Positions 63,040 through 64,000 of a DNA stretch of 64,000 nt are shown here, one piece after another. Both the position numbers and the translations under genes were made by a program. The DNA comes from Centroscyllium fabricii (lineage: Eukaryota). The notes below the pieces were generated by a model. That model ran no database searches, was not told where the DNA came from, and saw only the letters and a list, made by a program, of their open reading frames with translations. The DNA is taken from positions 416,826,001 through 416,890,000 of the forward strand of contig JBNRSN020000003.1 of assembly GCA_051313645.2 (NCBI GenBank), written 5' to 3'. Each line of letters begins with the position of its first letter. Position 1 is the first letter of the stretch.

Positions 63040-63325
63040 TTGTTATGTCACCCTGTCTTTGCTGATCTGCGTCTCCCAGTCACCCAATGGCGGCAATTAA
63101 AAATTCTCAACCTCCCGTTTAAGTCTTTTCATGGCCTCATCCTGCCCCATGTCAGAAGCTCCTCCAGCTCTACAGACGTGTCTCCCTGCCGCCCCAACTT
63201 TCCATTGCTGACTCTTGCCTTTTTGTGCACCCCGTCCCTTTACCTTGCCATCCAACTGCTTCTCCAGCAACCTCTCTCCTTCAAGATCATCCTTAAAACC
63301 CACCTCTTCGACCAAGCTCTTGTGC
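63040..63325 (+). mobile_element. L2-type LINE 3' fragment
   Basis: PVFADL.LPV...KIL....KSFHGL..P...FK..LKTHLFDQA, typical of the L2 C-terminus. Confidence 0.65.
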
Positions 63326-63337
63326 GCCCCTACTAAT

Positions 63338-64000
63338 GGCCCAGAAATTCCAGTCAGCGCATATCGGGTTTAAGCTCTGGTGCGAGCGCACCAGAGCTTA
63401 AACCCGCATGCTTCGGGATTTCCTGTGCCGCCCAGCAGGGGGGGGGGGGGGTCGCTGCTTCCTGCGAGGTCCAGCGCAGGAAGCAGCGAACTACAGGAGC
63501 ACCCAGACTTCCCGATGTTTTTTAAAAACTTTTTCTACGGACCGAGAAGAAAATTCAACGCTGGAAAAAAGGAGTCGTGAACACCCGTTTTCATCTGGTA
63601 AGTGTGTATTTTATTGATTTTAATTGTTGTTTTTTCAGGTTTTTAATTGTTGATAACTTTAAAGACAGGTAAGCATTTTTTTAGACCTGTTGGAAGTGAA
63701 AACATTTTTCTGCAAATTTTTATTTTTTCTTTAAAATAGGTTATTTGTGTTAGTTGGGGTAATGTTTAAAAAATGTGGTGTTTGTAAAATTTTATTTTTG
63801 AGTTTAGATGTCTTTTGAGAATCTCTCTTTTCAAAACTCGCACAGATTTCTCTGTGGAAGTTTTGAACGGAGAATTGCTTCCACTGATTGGCTCCGCCAA
63901 TCAGGTGGTCTCAAAAGCCACTTCGCACTAATTACGCCCTTCAGATGCCCATGAAACTCGCACGGAGCTCCGACAGGCTGGGCTAACGGGAATTTCTCAG
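63338..64000. mobile_element. TIR element with GC-rich arms and AT-rich core, running to the window edge
   Basis: GGCCCAGAAATTCC start; GGAATTTCT (inverted match) at the window end. Confidence 0.6.

Noticed and set aside
60224-64000. Next upstream DENND1A exon (…KFCFPF…), and likewise the downstream RNLTEYF exon in 1-5622
   Set aside because: Searched by eye and not found; presumably outside the window.

Overview
Eukaryotic, repeat-rich vertebrate DNA. The repeat set (HE1-type V-SINEs, Deu-SINE, CR1 LINEs with (CTATGTTT)n/(TTCTATGA)n tails) points to a cartilaginous fish (shark/ray). The whole window lies inside a DENND1A-like gene on the minus strand. Four coding exons were read directly from the sequence (60223-60104, 11707-11638, 10716-10636, 5676-5623; 120/70/81/54 bp, all AG...GT, in-frame, uDENN/DENN region), with a ~48-kb intron between the first two. 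The introns hold a near-intact CR1 LINE, many CR1/L2/Penelope fragments, SINEs, a solo LTR, Harbinger-type and other TIR elements, a 1.4-kb G-rich minisatellite, and nine Tigger/pogo-like TA-flanked MITEs. Most notable: (1) these MITEs share arms built from NRF1/YY1/CHR-like modules but carry different cargo, and one holds what looks like the captured promoter and first 28 codons of CENP-W (a 'Pack-Tigger' promoter-capturing family); (2) the CR1 ORF1/ORF2 junction has a canonical U_UUA_AAC -1 slippery site opening into ORF2. Family and protein identifications rest on recalled sequences, not on searches.
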